61,787 bases of DNA from Emiliania huxleyi CCMP1516. Its lineage: Eukaryota. Where the stretch lies: NCBI RefSeq assembly GCF_000372725.1, contig NW_005201732.1, positions 372,001 to 433,787 on the forward strand, given 5' to 3'. Below are positions 35,894 through 48,657 of the stretch, one piece after another. Position numbers and translations under genes: made by a program. The notes under the pieces are model-generated. The model had not been told where the DNA came from. It saw only the letters and a program-made list of their open reading frames with translations, and ran no database searches. Positions within the stretch are counted from its first letter, which is position 1. The number at the start of each line of letters is the position of its first letter.

Positions 35894-37838
35894 GTCGTGT
35901 CTCTTCTTGCAGCCGGGCGTGCGCGGAGAAGGCGTCTCCTCCGGCCAGAGCGGCGAAAATCTCGGCAGCCGCAGTTGTCAGCGAGCTCGTCTCCGGACGC
36001 CGCGTCCCAGCGAAAGTAGGCGCGCCGCCCTGCCTGGCGGAATCGCTATCGCGGACGTTTCTGCGCCAGCGGACCTAGCGGAGGGACATCCCTGATTGGC
36101 GCGGGACGCGAGGGGGGACTAAAAGGGTCGGCGGGGCGGGGCGGAGAGGACCATTGAAGACTGCTGAGCTCCAGATCGCGGCGGGCGCGCGGCGGGCGCC
36201 TGTATTCAAATCTCGACGAATCGAGCAGAAGGCGTTTCTAGTTTTGAAGCGAGCACGACACGTTGTGCTTCTTCCTCCACCCACTTGCCTGAATGTGCGT
36301 CTTTCTTTCTTGAGAATTCTTTCTAGAGGAGGGGACACGGCGGATACGTACGTACGAGAAGTGACGAGTCACACACGGGTGGGACAGGGTGGGTCACAAC
36401 AACGAGGCACGAGAGCGTGCACGACAGAGCGACGGCGCAGCGTACCGCCGTCCAGCTAAAAAGCGGCGGCCGACGGTTGCTGCGCAAAGTGATCAGTTCT
36501 AAAATAGGTGCCGGGGCCCAACGGATAGATGAATCCGGGGCACCCTCCGCTCGAATCCCTGGCCGGGGGTTCGAGGTGGCCCCCACCCTGGGGCCTCCCA
36601 TCAAAGGGACTGCGGCAGAAGACGCCCAATCTTGCACAGGTGCAAGAACCATACGTCTTCTGATAAACGCAGTATGGAAGATACAAAGAGACGGAGGAGC
36701 AACGAGCGCCCTGGCGTGAGCCGAAGACACTCCCAACTGCGCTCCGTCACCGGTGTCGCGGTCTCCCCCACTGAGGGCGATCTGCGGGGGGGAGTCGCGC
36801 CGCCGGCATGTATCTGTGCAACTGTGTTTTTGCCTTGTCCCGTTTGATGGAGCAAAGTCACGGGCCGCCCGCGCTTGAAGGCGGTCGCGCCAGGCGCGGG
36901 CGGCACTAGTTGCCGGCGATCCGCTTGGGCAGCGCCCACGCTTGCCTCTGGCTGCGTCTCCATAGGTCGCGCGGCCCGAATGCTCGAATTGAACGTCTCG
37001 CAAGCTGGCGTCGCTCGCGTAGCTGTGGCAGGGCGATCCTCCCTCCGGATGAGGGAGATCTCTAGCCTCCTAACGAGGTTGCCCTCCGGCTGGCTGTTGC
37101 CGACAGCAGTTAACACCTCCGCAGTTGCGTCGGTCGCGCCACAGGTAGAGACGTTGAGCTCGACAAAGTCTTGGTAGTTGTTTCGGGCCATCAGTCCGAC
37201 AGGAGAGGGCCAGCGGTCGCCTCCTCGAGCTGCCCATGCCTTCGCCGGTTTGGAGTATCGTCGCCGCCACCACCATGTGCGCCCAGGAAAAGGAGGGCTC
37301 CCCACTGAGGGCGGTCTGCGGGGGGAGCCGAGTCGCACGGAACGACCTCCTGATGGGATCGCCCCTCCTCGCTGAGGGCGATCTGCGGGAGGAAGGGCCC
37401 CACCTCTCCCCACTGAGGGCGGTCTGCGGGGGAAGAGGTCCTGGATCGAACAAACCTTGCCTCCGCTCAGGACGGCTGACAAGGACGGCGACCACCGCAT
37501 GGAGGCGTCCATTGATCCACTCGGGGGCTGGTCCCAAGGGTCACAGCTCAGGCCGAGCGGCCGCCGGTGCGACGACGACGCACCTTGCCTGTCGCGTGAA
37601 TGAAGTGTGCTGTGCGAGCGAGCGCCTAGTAAAATTTACTCTCGTGAGCTGTGAACAGACGCACTTGCCTTGGGGGCCAGTATCCCAATCCGCTACCCTT
37701 TAAAATTCTTCATTCCAAGACGCAAGAAAAAGAAACGCTGGGAGGTTCAAAGCGACCACAACCCCACCCCACTCCTCACGCGCGACGCTCTGGCACTGAA
37801 CGCAAACGCCGTTCTCTCGTCGACGAAGTCGACATACG

Positions 37839-40800
37839 ATGCCAGCAGCGAAGGACGAGGTCAGCGCGTCGCTCGAGGGCGGGATCACGCTCCGGCCGTA
37901 CCAGCGCGAGGGCGCAAACTGGCTGCTGTGGTCGCGGAAGCAGGGCCGCTCGGTGATCCTCGGCGACGAGATGGGTCTCGGCAAGACCATGCAGGTTGTC
38001 GCCTGCCTGCGGCACCAGGTCGTGGAGTGGGGGTGCGACGGGCCGTTCCTGGTGGTGGCGCCGCTCTCCACCATTGGGCACTGGGAGCGAGAGCTCGGCC
38101 GTGCGCCCGAGCTTCGCCCACAGGTCCTGAGGGGACCGGCGGCCGAGCGCCGTGCGCAGCTGCGCGAGGGCGGCCCGTCCGGCGTGAGGGCGTGGACCGT
38201 GCTGATCACGACGTACGAGACGCTGCTGAGCGACGCGCGGGCGCTGCAGGGCATCGAGTGGAGCGGCCTCGTCTTTGACGAGGCGCAGCGGCTCAAGAAT
38301 GCAAAGTCCAAGTCGTTTGCGGCGGCGGCGGCGCTGCGCTGCGAGCACAAGGTGCTGCTCTCGGGGACGCCGCTGCAGAACTCGGTGGGCGAGCTCTGGT
38401 CGCTGCTGCACCTGCTCTCGCCCACCGGATTTGCAGACGAGGTCGCCTTCGGCCGCCGCTTCGGCGGCCTCGAGACTGCTCGGCAGGCGACGGCGCTCAG
38501 CAGCCTGCTGCGGCCCTTCCTTCTGCGCCGCACCAAGGCGGACGTGGAGGTGTCGCTCGAGCCTCTGACGGAGATGCTCATCTACGTCGAGGTGACGGCG
38601 CTGCAAAAGATGACCTACCGCGCCATCTGCGAGCGCAACCGCGAGCTGCTTGTCCCGTCGGAGCGAGGCGGCAAGCGCTCCTCGCTCTCGTTCCGAAACC
38701 TCGAGGCGCGCGATGCGGCGCCTGTCGCCCCCCCCTCTCCACCCCCCTCCGCCCCTCCACCCCCCTGCTTCCGCTTTTGCGGCACGTCCTGACGCGTCTC
38801 GGAGCTGTGCGCAGGTGCTGATGCGGCACTGCTGCAACCACCCGTACCTGGTGGCGGGTGTGGAGGAGGAGGAGGAGGTGCGCGCGGGCGGGTACGGGTC
38901 GCCCGCCGCCGAGCTCGACGCCCTCGTCGCCGCCTCGGGCAAGACGGTCCTTCTCTCCAAGCTGCTGCCGCACCTGACCGCTGGCGGCCACCGCACGCTC
39001 CTCTTCTCGCAGTTCAAGCTGGTGCTCGACCTGCTCGAGGACGTGCTCGACCACCTCGGGCTGCCGTACGAGCGGCTCGACGGGGACGTGACCGGCGCGG
39101 CGCGGCAGGCCGCCATCGCCCGCTTCGAGGCGCCGGGCTGCACCACGCCCGTCTTCCTCCTCGGAACTCGCGCGGGCGCGGGCCCGGCAGCAGGCTCGCG
39201 GTCCCTTCCCGGACCCTTCGCCGGACCCTGGCCAGACCCTCGGCACAGGCGGGCTCGGGATCACGCTCACCTCGGCCGACACCGTCGTGCTGTACGACCC
39301 GGACTGGAACCCGCAGGCCGACCTGCAGGCGGCGGCGCGCTGCCACCGGATCGGGCAGACCAAGCCGGGGACGCGTCGGCAAAACAGAAAGCCGGCGCAG
39401 CAATCAAAGAGAGCTGGGAATAGGCAAGCCAAGCCGGTGACCGTCTACCGGCTCGTCACGCGAGACACGTACGAGATGGCCCTCTACGCGCGCGCCAACC
39501 AGAAGCGAGGCCTCGAGCAGGCCGTCATCGGCCACGGCGATTTTGGCGCAGCTGCTGGCGGCCGCCGCGGCGCGGCTCCGGACGCGGCCGAGATCGAGGC
39601 GCTGCTCCGGCGCGGCGCGCACGTGCTCACTCTTGGAGAGGAGCAAGACGAGGCGCCCCCCTTCCCCCGCACCCCCCTTCCCCCCTTCCCCCCCCCCTCC
39701 CCCCCTCCCCCCACACACCGCCCCCCCGGACTGCGGCACGCTGCTTCGCCCTCTCGGGCCACTCTCCGCCCGCCCCGCCCCGCCCCGCTCTCGAGGCGTC
39801 GCGCCGCTTCGCGTCGAGCTCCATCGAGCACCTCCTCGCCGCAAACGCGGTGGCCATTGACTCGTCGGCGGGGCGCGCGCGCAGCGGCGGCGTCTTCGCC
39901 GAGGCTACCTTTGTGAGTGGCGAGGAGAGCGGCGTGCCCGACCTCGACGACCCCGACTTTTGGACGAGGGTGCTGCCGCCGCCCCCGCCAGTCGAGGCGG
40001 CGCCGTCCGCCGACTCGCGCTCCCTCCGCCGCCGCGCGTCGGTCGTCGTCGAGGAGAGCGACGGCTCGCCGAGCAGCGAGGAGGAGGAGGAGAGCGGGCT
40101 CCCTCCTCCGCGAGGAGGCTGGTCGCCGTCGCAGTTGCGCGCTCTGGTCGCCGGCGCGCCGGACACTCACGCGCGCCCGCCGCCCCGCGAGCCATGCGGC
40201 GCAGGCGGAGCGGTCTGCCACGGTAGGTGTCCTCCGGCTCGGCCCCGGCCGGTTCGGGGCGAGCCAGCACTTGCTCAGCGTGCCGGAGCTCGAAACTCGT
40301 CCGCCCGGGGAGGTGCAGATCGCCATCCGCGCCGTCGTGCGGCTCTGGCTCGAGGCGCAGCCGTCCCGCGGGCAGAAGGACGCACCCGTGACGCTCTCCG
40401 ACGTCGGCCTCACAGCCGCCGCCGACCCCGACCCCGCCGCCGAGGCTGCCGAGCCTTGCCTCCCCGCGCCGCCCTCCCCTGCGCCGCCCTCCCCCGCGCC
40501 TTGCTTCTCCGCGCCGTTCGTGCGCCGGCAGACGAGCGAGAAGCAGTGCGCGCGCGCTCTGCGACAGCTGTGCTCGCTCGCGGCGCTCGGCCGGCACCGG
40601 GAGCAGGGGCGGCCGGTGTCGGCGCTGCGGCTGCGCCGGCGCAAGGTGGCGCGGGTAGATGCGGACCGGCCCGGGTAGATGCAGGACGCAGGCCTGCGCA
40701 GCGGAGTGTTCCGCCTTCCCCGGAACGCCTTGCTCGGACCGCCTCCCCTCGCGTCGCAGGTCTTTGAGGGCTGGAGCACGGAGCACGACGCGGCCCTCCT

Positions 40801-42247
40801 CGACGCGATCTGGACCGCCGGCTTCCCCTCGCCCCGCCGCCCCGCCTCCGACCTGGCGTGCTGGCGCTCCGCCGCGCGCCACATCGCCGCGGCGGCGCCG
40901 GCCCTCGCCAGCCTCTCGCCCCTCGCCACGGACGGCGAGGCGGGCAGCGAGGCGGCCGAGGTCCCGGCGGACGGCGGCGACGGCGGCGTGGCGGCGGCCA
41001 CAAGGGCGCTCAGCGACCGGGCGACGCAGCTGTGCCGCGCCATGCTGGCGTACGAGCGCGAGCAGTCTCGCGACCTGGCAAAGGAGGCGGAGGCGCGCGA
41101 GCGGCGGCGCGCGGAGGCGGAGGAGAAGCGGCGGCAGCGAGAAGCGGCCGAGGAGGCCAAGCGGCTGGCGCGCGAGCAAAAGGCGCGCGAGGGGAGGCGG
41201 CTGGAGGGTGGCGTTGCGCGGCGGCCACAGCCGTTGGCCCTTGTGGCGCCGTAGGCGCTCGAGCGTGCGGCGGCGGCCGACGCCAAGGCGGCGGCGGCCG
41301 AGGAGAGGCGGCGTGTCAAGGAGGAGCGCCGCGCGGAGCGCGAGAAGGAGGAGGCGAAGAGCGTGGAGCAGCGGCGCGAGGAGAAGAAGGCGCGCGAGGA
41401 GGAGCGGGTCAACAGTTTGCTCGAGCAGGGCAAGAAGGTGTGGGCGGCGTCGCGCGAGGTGGAGGACCTACCCGACAAGCGGCCCTACCCGCCCGTGCCG
41501 CCCAGCGCGGCGGGCAAGCCGCAGGAGCGGAACCGTTCGTGCCACATCTGCACCCAGGGCATCGCCTCGTGGCGGGGTGCCTTCACCGCCCCGCTCGGCT
41601 GCTCCAAGTGCCCGCGCATCTTTTGCGAGCGCTGCCTCGGCCACCTGCAGGACGAGGCGCTCCTCCCGCTCGCGGGCAAGCCGCTCTCGACCTTCTTCGA
41701 CGACCACTGGGACGATTGGACTTGCCTGATGTGCCGCGGCGTCTGTGCCTGCCAGGAGCCGCAGCTCAGCGCAAAGGTGCCCATCGCCTCCGTCTGCGCC
41801 GCCGGCCCCGGCCGCTGCCGCATCAAGACGGCCGAGCCGCACCCATTCCGCTCGGGCGATTCGGTCAGCGTCTCCGGCTGCAAGCTCGCCGCGTCGGCGG
41901 GACCCGTCGCCTCCAAGGCGCTCCAGCCAGTCAACAAGCAGCACGGCTCCGTCACGTGGATCTCGCCCGGCGAGATTGAGTTGCGCGCGGACGCGAGCGG
42001 CCTGCCCCCCGTCGCCGAGGCGAGCGGCCACGTCACGCTCCCGACGATCGAGAAGCACAAGCGGCGCGGCTGGGTGGGCGTGACTGGCTCCGGCGCCATC
42101 AAGGCGTCGCCCGCCACCGCGGCGGCGGTCACGGGAAAGCGGAAGGGCAGCCCAACGCCGATGAAGCGGAAGGGCAGCCCCTCGCGGGGCGGCGGGCGCC
42201 GCACGCCGAAGAAGACCTCGACGGGCACGCGGAAGGCGAAGGCGTAA
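37839..42247 (+). CDS. CHD-type SNF2 chromatin-remodelling ATPase with C-terminal zf-4CXXC_R1-like zinc finger, multi-exon
   Basis: [64 protein letters not shown] (spliced), [20 protein letters not shown]-terminal CHIC...CSKC..IFCERC...[12 protein letters not shown]. Confidence 0.92.
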
Positions 42248-42635
42248 GCGATGATGAACCGGCCGGCACGCGAGGTTGCAGGTTGAGAGTGGGGCACCGA
42301 CCGGCATCGGCAGTGGCCACCGCGAACCGGGGCCTCGTCGTGGCAGAAAGGATGAGGGGGCGGCAGGGAGATGTGCACAGAGGGGCATGTGCAACGCTCT
42401 CCTATATGCCGTAATGCTGAAAACACATTCGTATAAAAGTGCCTACGCCCGCCGCGTGGCCTCCGCGACCCGGCGCACCCCCTGGCCCTGCACCGCACGG
42501 GGCACCCCCAAGAGCGCGGAGCCGGAGACCCGGAGCCCCGTCCGCCGTGCCGTCCAATCTGAATCTCAAGCAGCCCGCCTCAGGGCCAGGGCGGCCTCGA
42601 CAGCCAGCGCGCAGGCGGTGACGGCTGATCGGCGC

Positions 42636-45600
42636 TCACCGCACGTCCTTCATCTTTATGACGTGCGGCGGGTTCGCGCGCCCCTTGAGGAAGGGGTGCA
42701 TGTCCTGAGGCGTCAGGAAGATGAACTGGCGGTGCTGCTGCGTGCTGGTGAGCTCGAGCAGCGCGTCGACGGCGATCTTGCGGTACGTGTCGTCCATGAA
42801 GACGTCAAACTCGTCGAGCACGCGGAAGGGCGTCTCCATGAACTCCCACATCGACAGCTCAAAGGCGAGCGTCGTGAAGGAGCGCTCGCCGCCCGACAGG
42901 TTGCGCGCGTCGGTGGTGCCCGCGGCGTGCGCGTCCTGCGAGTTGCGCACGACCTGCAGCGAGAGCTTCTCCTCGCGGTGGTTGAAGTCGAGGTTGCCGG
43001 CGTGCCCCTTGCGCGTGAGGCGGCCGTTGAAGTCGAGCGCCGCCTGCTTGCCCTTGGCCTTGCAGCTCTTGCGCCAGAACTTGTACCGCTCATCAAAGTT
43101 CTCCTGCGTGCCCTTGGTGGTGAGCTTGATGCCGTCGAGCTCCTCCCTCTTGCGCACCGACACCTCCTGCGTCTTGCGCGCGAGCTCCTCGAGCGACGAC
43201 AGCGTCTTGCCGCCGTGCTTCTTCTCCTGCTTCCTCTGGCGCGCCTGCAGCTTCTCGATCTCGCGCTTGATCTCCTCCTCGCTGCGCTGCTGCGGGTCCT
43301 CGACGCGCTCGCCAACCGCCGCCTCCACCTCGGGCAGCAGCCGGTCGATCTCGTCGCGGAGGCGCGCCCCCTCCTTCTTCGCGGCGTCGCGCGCGGCCTT
43401 CGCCTCGTTGCCGGCGCGCTCGAACCTGCGCCAAGGGGTGAGGGGTGAGGGGCCAAGGGCGAGGGCTGGCTTCGCCTCCTCCGGTGCGCTCGCACTTGCG
43501 CAGGCCGTGCTTGGCGCGGCTGACGGGCCCGGTGAGGGCGTCGACCTCGCTCGACTTCTCGTTGATGAGCTCGTTGAGGCGGGAGAAGCGCTCCTGCACC
43601 TCCGACGTCTCGTTTCTGCGGTCGCCCAGCGCCGCCTCGAGCTTGGTCACCTCCGCCTGCGCCTTGGCGAGCTTCTCCTGCTCCACCCTCAGCGACGACT
43701 CGAGCGAGGCGATCTCGCTGCGCGACTCCTCGATCTCCTACGGGCGCGGCGGCGGGCGCGTTACATGCGACGCGTCCAGCAGCGGGCGGCGAGCCGACGC
43801 CTCTCTCCTGCGCGGCCGGGTCGAACTCGCCCTGCTCCACCGCCTGCCGCGCGCGCGCCTTTGCGTCGCTCAGCTGCTTCTGCAGCGTCTTGACCTCCTT
43901 CTTGCCGGCCACCTCCGACTTGACGTCCCGCTCCTTGGCGCGCTCCGCCTCGGTCAGCCGCGCTTTGCACTGCTTGAGCTCCTCCGCCGCCTCGCGCTGC
44001 TGCTTCTGCACACGTCCAACGAGGGAGGTCGGGGGAGAGCCGCGGGCGTGGGCGGGCGGGCGGGCGGGCGGGGGGAGGGGGGGGGGGGGGGGGCCCAAAC
44101 ACAAAGGGGAGGGGCAAGGCGGCCCCTCCAGGTCCCCCTTCAGGGGCAAAACGTCGGCCCAAAAAACGTTCCCAAATTGCCCCTCCCAAGGCCTCCGCTC
44201 CTCCAGGCCCTGCTTGTCAACGGCGAACGTGGGGCCCTTTTCGATGACAACCGAATGCACCCTGGTCGGCCCTCCCTGGGGGAACTTGAGGCGCGTCTTG
44301 GGCAGCGCCTCGCGGGCCTCCTCCTCGGGGGGGATGAACACCCCCCCCTGCGGCCAAAAGGGGCCCCCAGGGTGAAAGGAAGGGGGCGGTACCCCAAAGG
44401 CGGGTGGGGTGGCGGTGTCGGTGGCGGTGTCCGTGGNNNNNNNNNNNNNNNNNNNNNNNNNNNNNNNNNNNNNNNNNNNNNNNNNNNNNNNNNNNNNNNN
44501 NNNNNNNNNNNNNNNNNNNNNNNNNNNNNNNNNNNNGGCCGGAGCGTGATCCCGCCCTCGAGCGACGCGCTGACCTCGTCCTTCGCTGCTGGCATCGTAT
44601 GTCGACTTCGTCGACGAGAGAACGGCGTTTGCGTTCAGTACCAGACCGTCGCGCGTGAGGAGTGGGGTGGGGTTGTGGTCGCTTTGAACCTCCCAGCGTT
44701 TCTTTTTCTTGCGTCTTGGAATGAAGAATTTTAAAGGGTAGCGGATTGGGATACTGGCCCGGGGGGGGGGGCGGAGCACAGAGGGGAGGGGCGAGGCGGC
44801 GCCTCGAGGTCGCGCTTCAGGTGCGAGACGTCGGCGCAGAGCACGTTCCCGACTTGCCCCTCCCAAGGCCTCCGCTCCTCGAGGCCCTGCTTGTCGACGG
44901 CGTACGTGGTGCCGTTCTCGATGACGACCGACTGCACCCTGGTCGGCCCTCCCTGCGGGAACTTGAGGCGCGTCTTGTGCAGCGCCTCGCGCGCCTCCTC
45001 CTCGGTGGGGATGAGCAGCCGCGCCTGCGGCCGAGAGGGGCCACGAGGGTGAGAGGAAGGGGGCGGTACCGCAGAGGCGGGTGGTGTGGCGGTGTCGGTG
45101 GCGGTGTCGGTGGCGGCGGAAGTGGTGGCGGTGGCGGCGGAGTGGTGGCGGTGGCGGTGGCAGAGGTGGCGGTGGCGGCGGAAGTGGTGGCGGTGGCGGT
45201 GGCAGAGGTGGCCTCCGGCTGGGAGAGGTCGACGATCGCGTTGAAGGCGTGGTCGTCCTCGACGTTGATGACCTCGAGCACGACGTCGAAGCGTGCGAGG
45301 TGCGGGTTCTGCGCGCGCTGGGTCACCTCGATGCGCCGCGCCGAGAAGCGCGCCTCGCGCGGCCGCTTGAACACGCGCAACACGCTGCTGAGAGAAGGCA
45401 CGCTCGGCGGGCCGGGCTTGAGCCCGTGGGCCAGCCTGCGCAGCAGCTCCTCGTCCTCCTTCTCCGCCACGACAAACTGGGAGAGGCCGCGCAGGCCGCC
45501 GAGCGCCGCCTCCGCCGCCTTGGCGAACTCCTCCTTCCCCGCCTTCATCTTGACGTACGAGCCGAGCGGCCCGATCGGCGGCGAGCGGAAGGACCTCTCG

Positions 45601-47392
45601 TTCTTCTTGACGGCGGCGATCAGCTCCGGCATCTGCGGGTGCAGCCGCTTGGAGACGTCGAACGAGTCCCGGTCGAGCCCGCGCCGGTCGTCGGCGATCT
45701 GCTGCAGCCTCCGCTCCGCGTCGGTCACCTCCGCGCGGCTTGCCTCGATCCCCTCCATCGCGGCGTCGTGCTGCCGCTTGCTCGCCTGCAGCGCCTGCTG
45801 CTTCTCGCCGATCGCCCGCTGCAGCGCGGCCACCTCCTCCTCCGCCTCGAGCCGGTCCCGCTCGAGCGCCGCGCGCTGCGTCTGCTGGTTCTTCTCGAGG
45901 TCCTCGAGGTAGCCGTCGAGCCGCAGCTTCGCCTGACGCGCGCTCGAGGGAGGCGTGCGGGAGGGGTGTCTACGAGGCGTCTGCGTCGTGCGTGCGCCGC
46001 TCTCGCCTGCGTTATCTGCTCCTCGAGCGTCTGCCCCTCGTCGCGCGCCGTGGTCGCCGCGCGCTGCGCCAGCTTGATGCTCTTCTTGCGCTTGTTCTGC
46101 GCCTCCAGCAGCGCCTTGCCACTCGAGGACGCGTCCTGCGCCTGCTTCATCAGGTCGTCCGCCTCGGCCTGCGCCTCCTGCAGCGCCTTCTCCTGCGCCT
46201 TGAACTCGTCGCGCGCCGCGCTGTGCTCCTGCGTGTTCTTGCGCAGGTCCGCCTCCGCCGCCGCCTCCGCCGCGCTCTGCGCCTCCAGCCTCTTCTCGCG
46301 CTCGGCGATGCAGGCCCACATCGCAACTTTGTTGAGCTCCTCCAGCTGGGCGTCCATCCGCTTGAGCGCCACCGCGCCGTCGTACTCGGCCTTGGCCTTG
46401 GCCGCCGCCTCCTCGTACGTGGGCAGCTTTGCCTCGGCCGCCTCCACGTCCGCCTTTGCCTTTTCGATCATCGACAGCGTCTGTTGGTGCTTCTCCTTCA
46501 TGTCCTTGAGGTTGGACGCCTCGAGGAAAAAGTCGTACAACGTCACCTGAGGCGCGCGAGACGCGGTGGAGGCGGCGGCCGTAGCGGCGGCGGCCGGGGC
46601 GGCCGGGGCGGCCGGGGCGGCCGGGGCGGCCGGGATGGCGGGGGGGCCGGAGGCGCGTGCGAGGGGCGCGGGGGTGGAGGCGGGCGGCCGGGCGGCGGCC
46701 TCGTTGTTGTTGCCGTGCAGAAACTTCTTGGCGTGCTCCTGCGTCAGCACGGCGCACGGGTTGTCCGCCTTGATGTTGAAGTGCTCGCACAGCCTGGACA
46801 CCTCGCCCTTGTTCACCTTCATCCGGCCGGAGCCGTCCCCGCGCGAGAGGTAGTACCCGCCGCCGCCCACCTAGCCGTGAGCACCGCGCCGTGAGCGTGA
46901 CCTGCATCGCGTGTGCGGCCGCCAGGGGCAAGAGCGCACCTTTTCGATCCGGTGCTCGACGACGACCGTCTCGCCAAAGTCGTCGGGCCTGTACGGGTCG
47001 CCCCCCCCGTTGGCGATGTGGATCTTGATGCACGCGGAGTCCGCGCCGTGCTTGATGTAGTTCTTGTGCGTGCTCGTGTTCTTGCCGCTCGCCTGTGCCT
47101 TGCAGCCGAGTCCCGCCTGCAGCGCGAGCACGACGGCGGACTTGCCCGAGCCGTTCTTGCCGACGATGAAGTTGACGTGGGGGTCGAGCTCCACACGCAG
47201 GTGGCTGTGGTTCATGAAATTCTCGACGACCACCTCACGGACGACGCCGTTCTCGTACTCCTGCGGCGCAGACGCAGGCCCCTTCCGCCCGCCACTCTTG
47301 CTGCGCTTGGGCGCGCTGCCGCCGGTTTCCCCGTCAGAAACATCGTCAAGGTCCTCGACAGGCGTCGCGGGCTCCGCACGCTTCCGGGGCAT
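42636..47392 (-). CDS. SMC6: Structural maintenance of chromosomes protein 6, multi-exon; interrupted by a gap and duplicated sequence
   Basis: VENFMNH, Walker A GKNGSGKS, DNPCAVLTQE, hinge PPIGPLG, signature LSGGERSF, Walker B LDEFDVFMD and QFIFLTPQ typical of Smc6. Confidence 0.93.
44437..44536. other. Assembly gap (100 N)
   Basis: Run of N. Confidence 1.
44537..44760 (-). repeat. Inverted 224-bp copy of 37674-37897 (upstream region and first codons of the SNF2 gene)
   Basis: Reverse-complement identity apart from two substitutions seen. Confidence 0.95.
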
Positions 47393-47856
47393 GCCGGTTG
47401 TTGCCCTTTTCGCGCCGGTGCCTGGCGAGGTACTCCACGCCTCCCCGGTCCCCCCTGGTTCCCGTACACCCTCCCCCTCCCCCGCGCGCAGCGCGGCCTC
47501 CGCAGCGGCGCGCAGCGCCGCTGCACCCCGCCGGCGGCGGGAGCGCCGCAGGCGGCTCGACAGAGCCCCTTGCACTAGCCACGACGACACACTAGAGCCG
47601 GGGCGGCCTTACGCCCACCTTTTAATCCCCAAACACACGCCACCCCGCTAGTTCTAGCATCGTTCGCCCCGCCCCGTCCAGGGGGAGGATGCCATGCCGC
47701 AAAGTGCGCGTCACAGACCTGTGAGCCAGGACGGAAAAGGTGTGAGTGAACGGCGCGCAGGTGGCAAGGAGGGCGGGAGGGCTGGAGGGCGGGGAGCGGT
47801 GAGGGCGGCGAGGGCGATGAGAGAGGGGAGGGCCGCGCGCACCCGGTCGGCAGCGA

Positions 47857-48657
47857 CTACTCGCCGCTGCCGATAGTCGCCACAGCGTTGGCGTTGGACT
47901 GCACCGGCACTGGTTCGGGCTCCAGCTCCAGCTCCAGCAGCTGCTTTTCATCCATCTTGTCGAGGATCGCCGTGCGCTGCTTGTCGGCGGTGAAGCTCTT
48001 GGAGAGCGCCTGCTTTGCGCCCACAGCTTTTGCCAGCCGGCGCTGAACCCTCGTCGTGATCGTCACCTCCCTGTCCTCGATTTGCTCCCGCGTATACCTA
48101 CCGTACTCCGTGGCTGGCGTGAGTGGCGAGTCCAAAACGGGACGGCGAGTCTGACAAGTTGAGGACCTAATCGCCCGCTGCGACACAGCAAAGTTGTAAT
48201 CAAAGTCTCGCCGCGACTGCGACGTCGGCTTCACGTCCGCCGCCGCCGGCTCTTGCCCGGCCTCCGCCTCCGGTGACGCCGCCTCCGCCGCCGCCGCCGC
48301 CGCCGCCGCCGCCTCCGCCGCCTCCGCCGCCGCCGCCGCCTCGGTCGTCTCCGCCAGCTCCATCAGCGCCACCACCGCGCGCGCATGCTCGCCGTCCGGG
48401 TCGGCCGGAGCGAGCACGACACCGCGGCGCGCCTGCTCGCGCGAGGCCGCGCGGGCGGTGGAGGTGCACCTCTCGCAAACCGCCTTGATCTTATCGCCCG
48501 ACGTCTTGGCATACGCCAGCCCATCAGGCGGCGCGGCGGTCGAGTGGGCGTACTTGGCCACGATCTGCTCATTGTAGAGCTGGGCAGCGCGGTCGTACAT
48601 CCACATCGAGAGCACACCCTTCTTTGCCTCGCTCGCCTCGCCCATGGCTGTAGTCAT
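47857..48657 (-). CDS. Hypothetical protein
   Basis: 266-aa ATG ORF with protein-like composition; no family recognised. Confidence 0.4.
   Translation of the reverse strand: MTTAMGEASEAKKGVLSMWMYDRAAQLYNEQIVAKYAHSTAAPPDGLAYAKTSGDKIKAVCERCTSTARAASREQARRGVVLAPADPDGEHARAVVALMELAETTEAAAAAEAAEAAAAAAAAAEAASPEAEAGQEPAAADVKPTSQSRRDFDYNFAVSQRAIRSSTCQTRRPVLDSPLTPATEYGRYTREQIEDREVTITTRVQRRLAKAVGAKQALSKSFTADKQRTAILDKMDEKQLLELELEPEPVPVQSNANAVATIGSGE

Noticed and set aside
36505..36595. tRNA-like sequence (ggttcga)
   Set aside because: No cloverleaf or properly spaced A/B boxes could be built
36765..37432. Spaced repeats as a CRISPR array
   Set aside because: Irregular spacing, eukaryotic context, no cas genes
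44100..44436. Diverged SMC6 exon duplicate as an alternative exon
   Set aside because: Homopolymer-biased errors next to a gap indicate a low-quality read end
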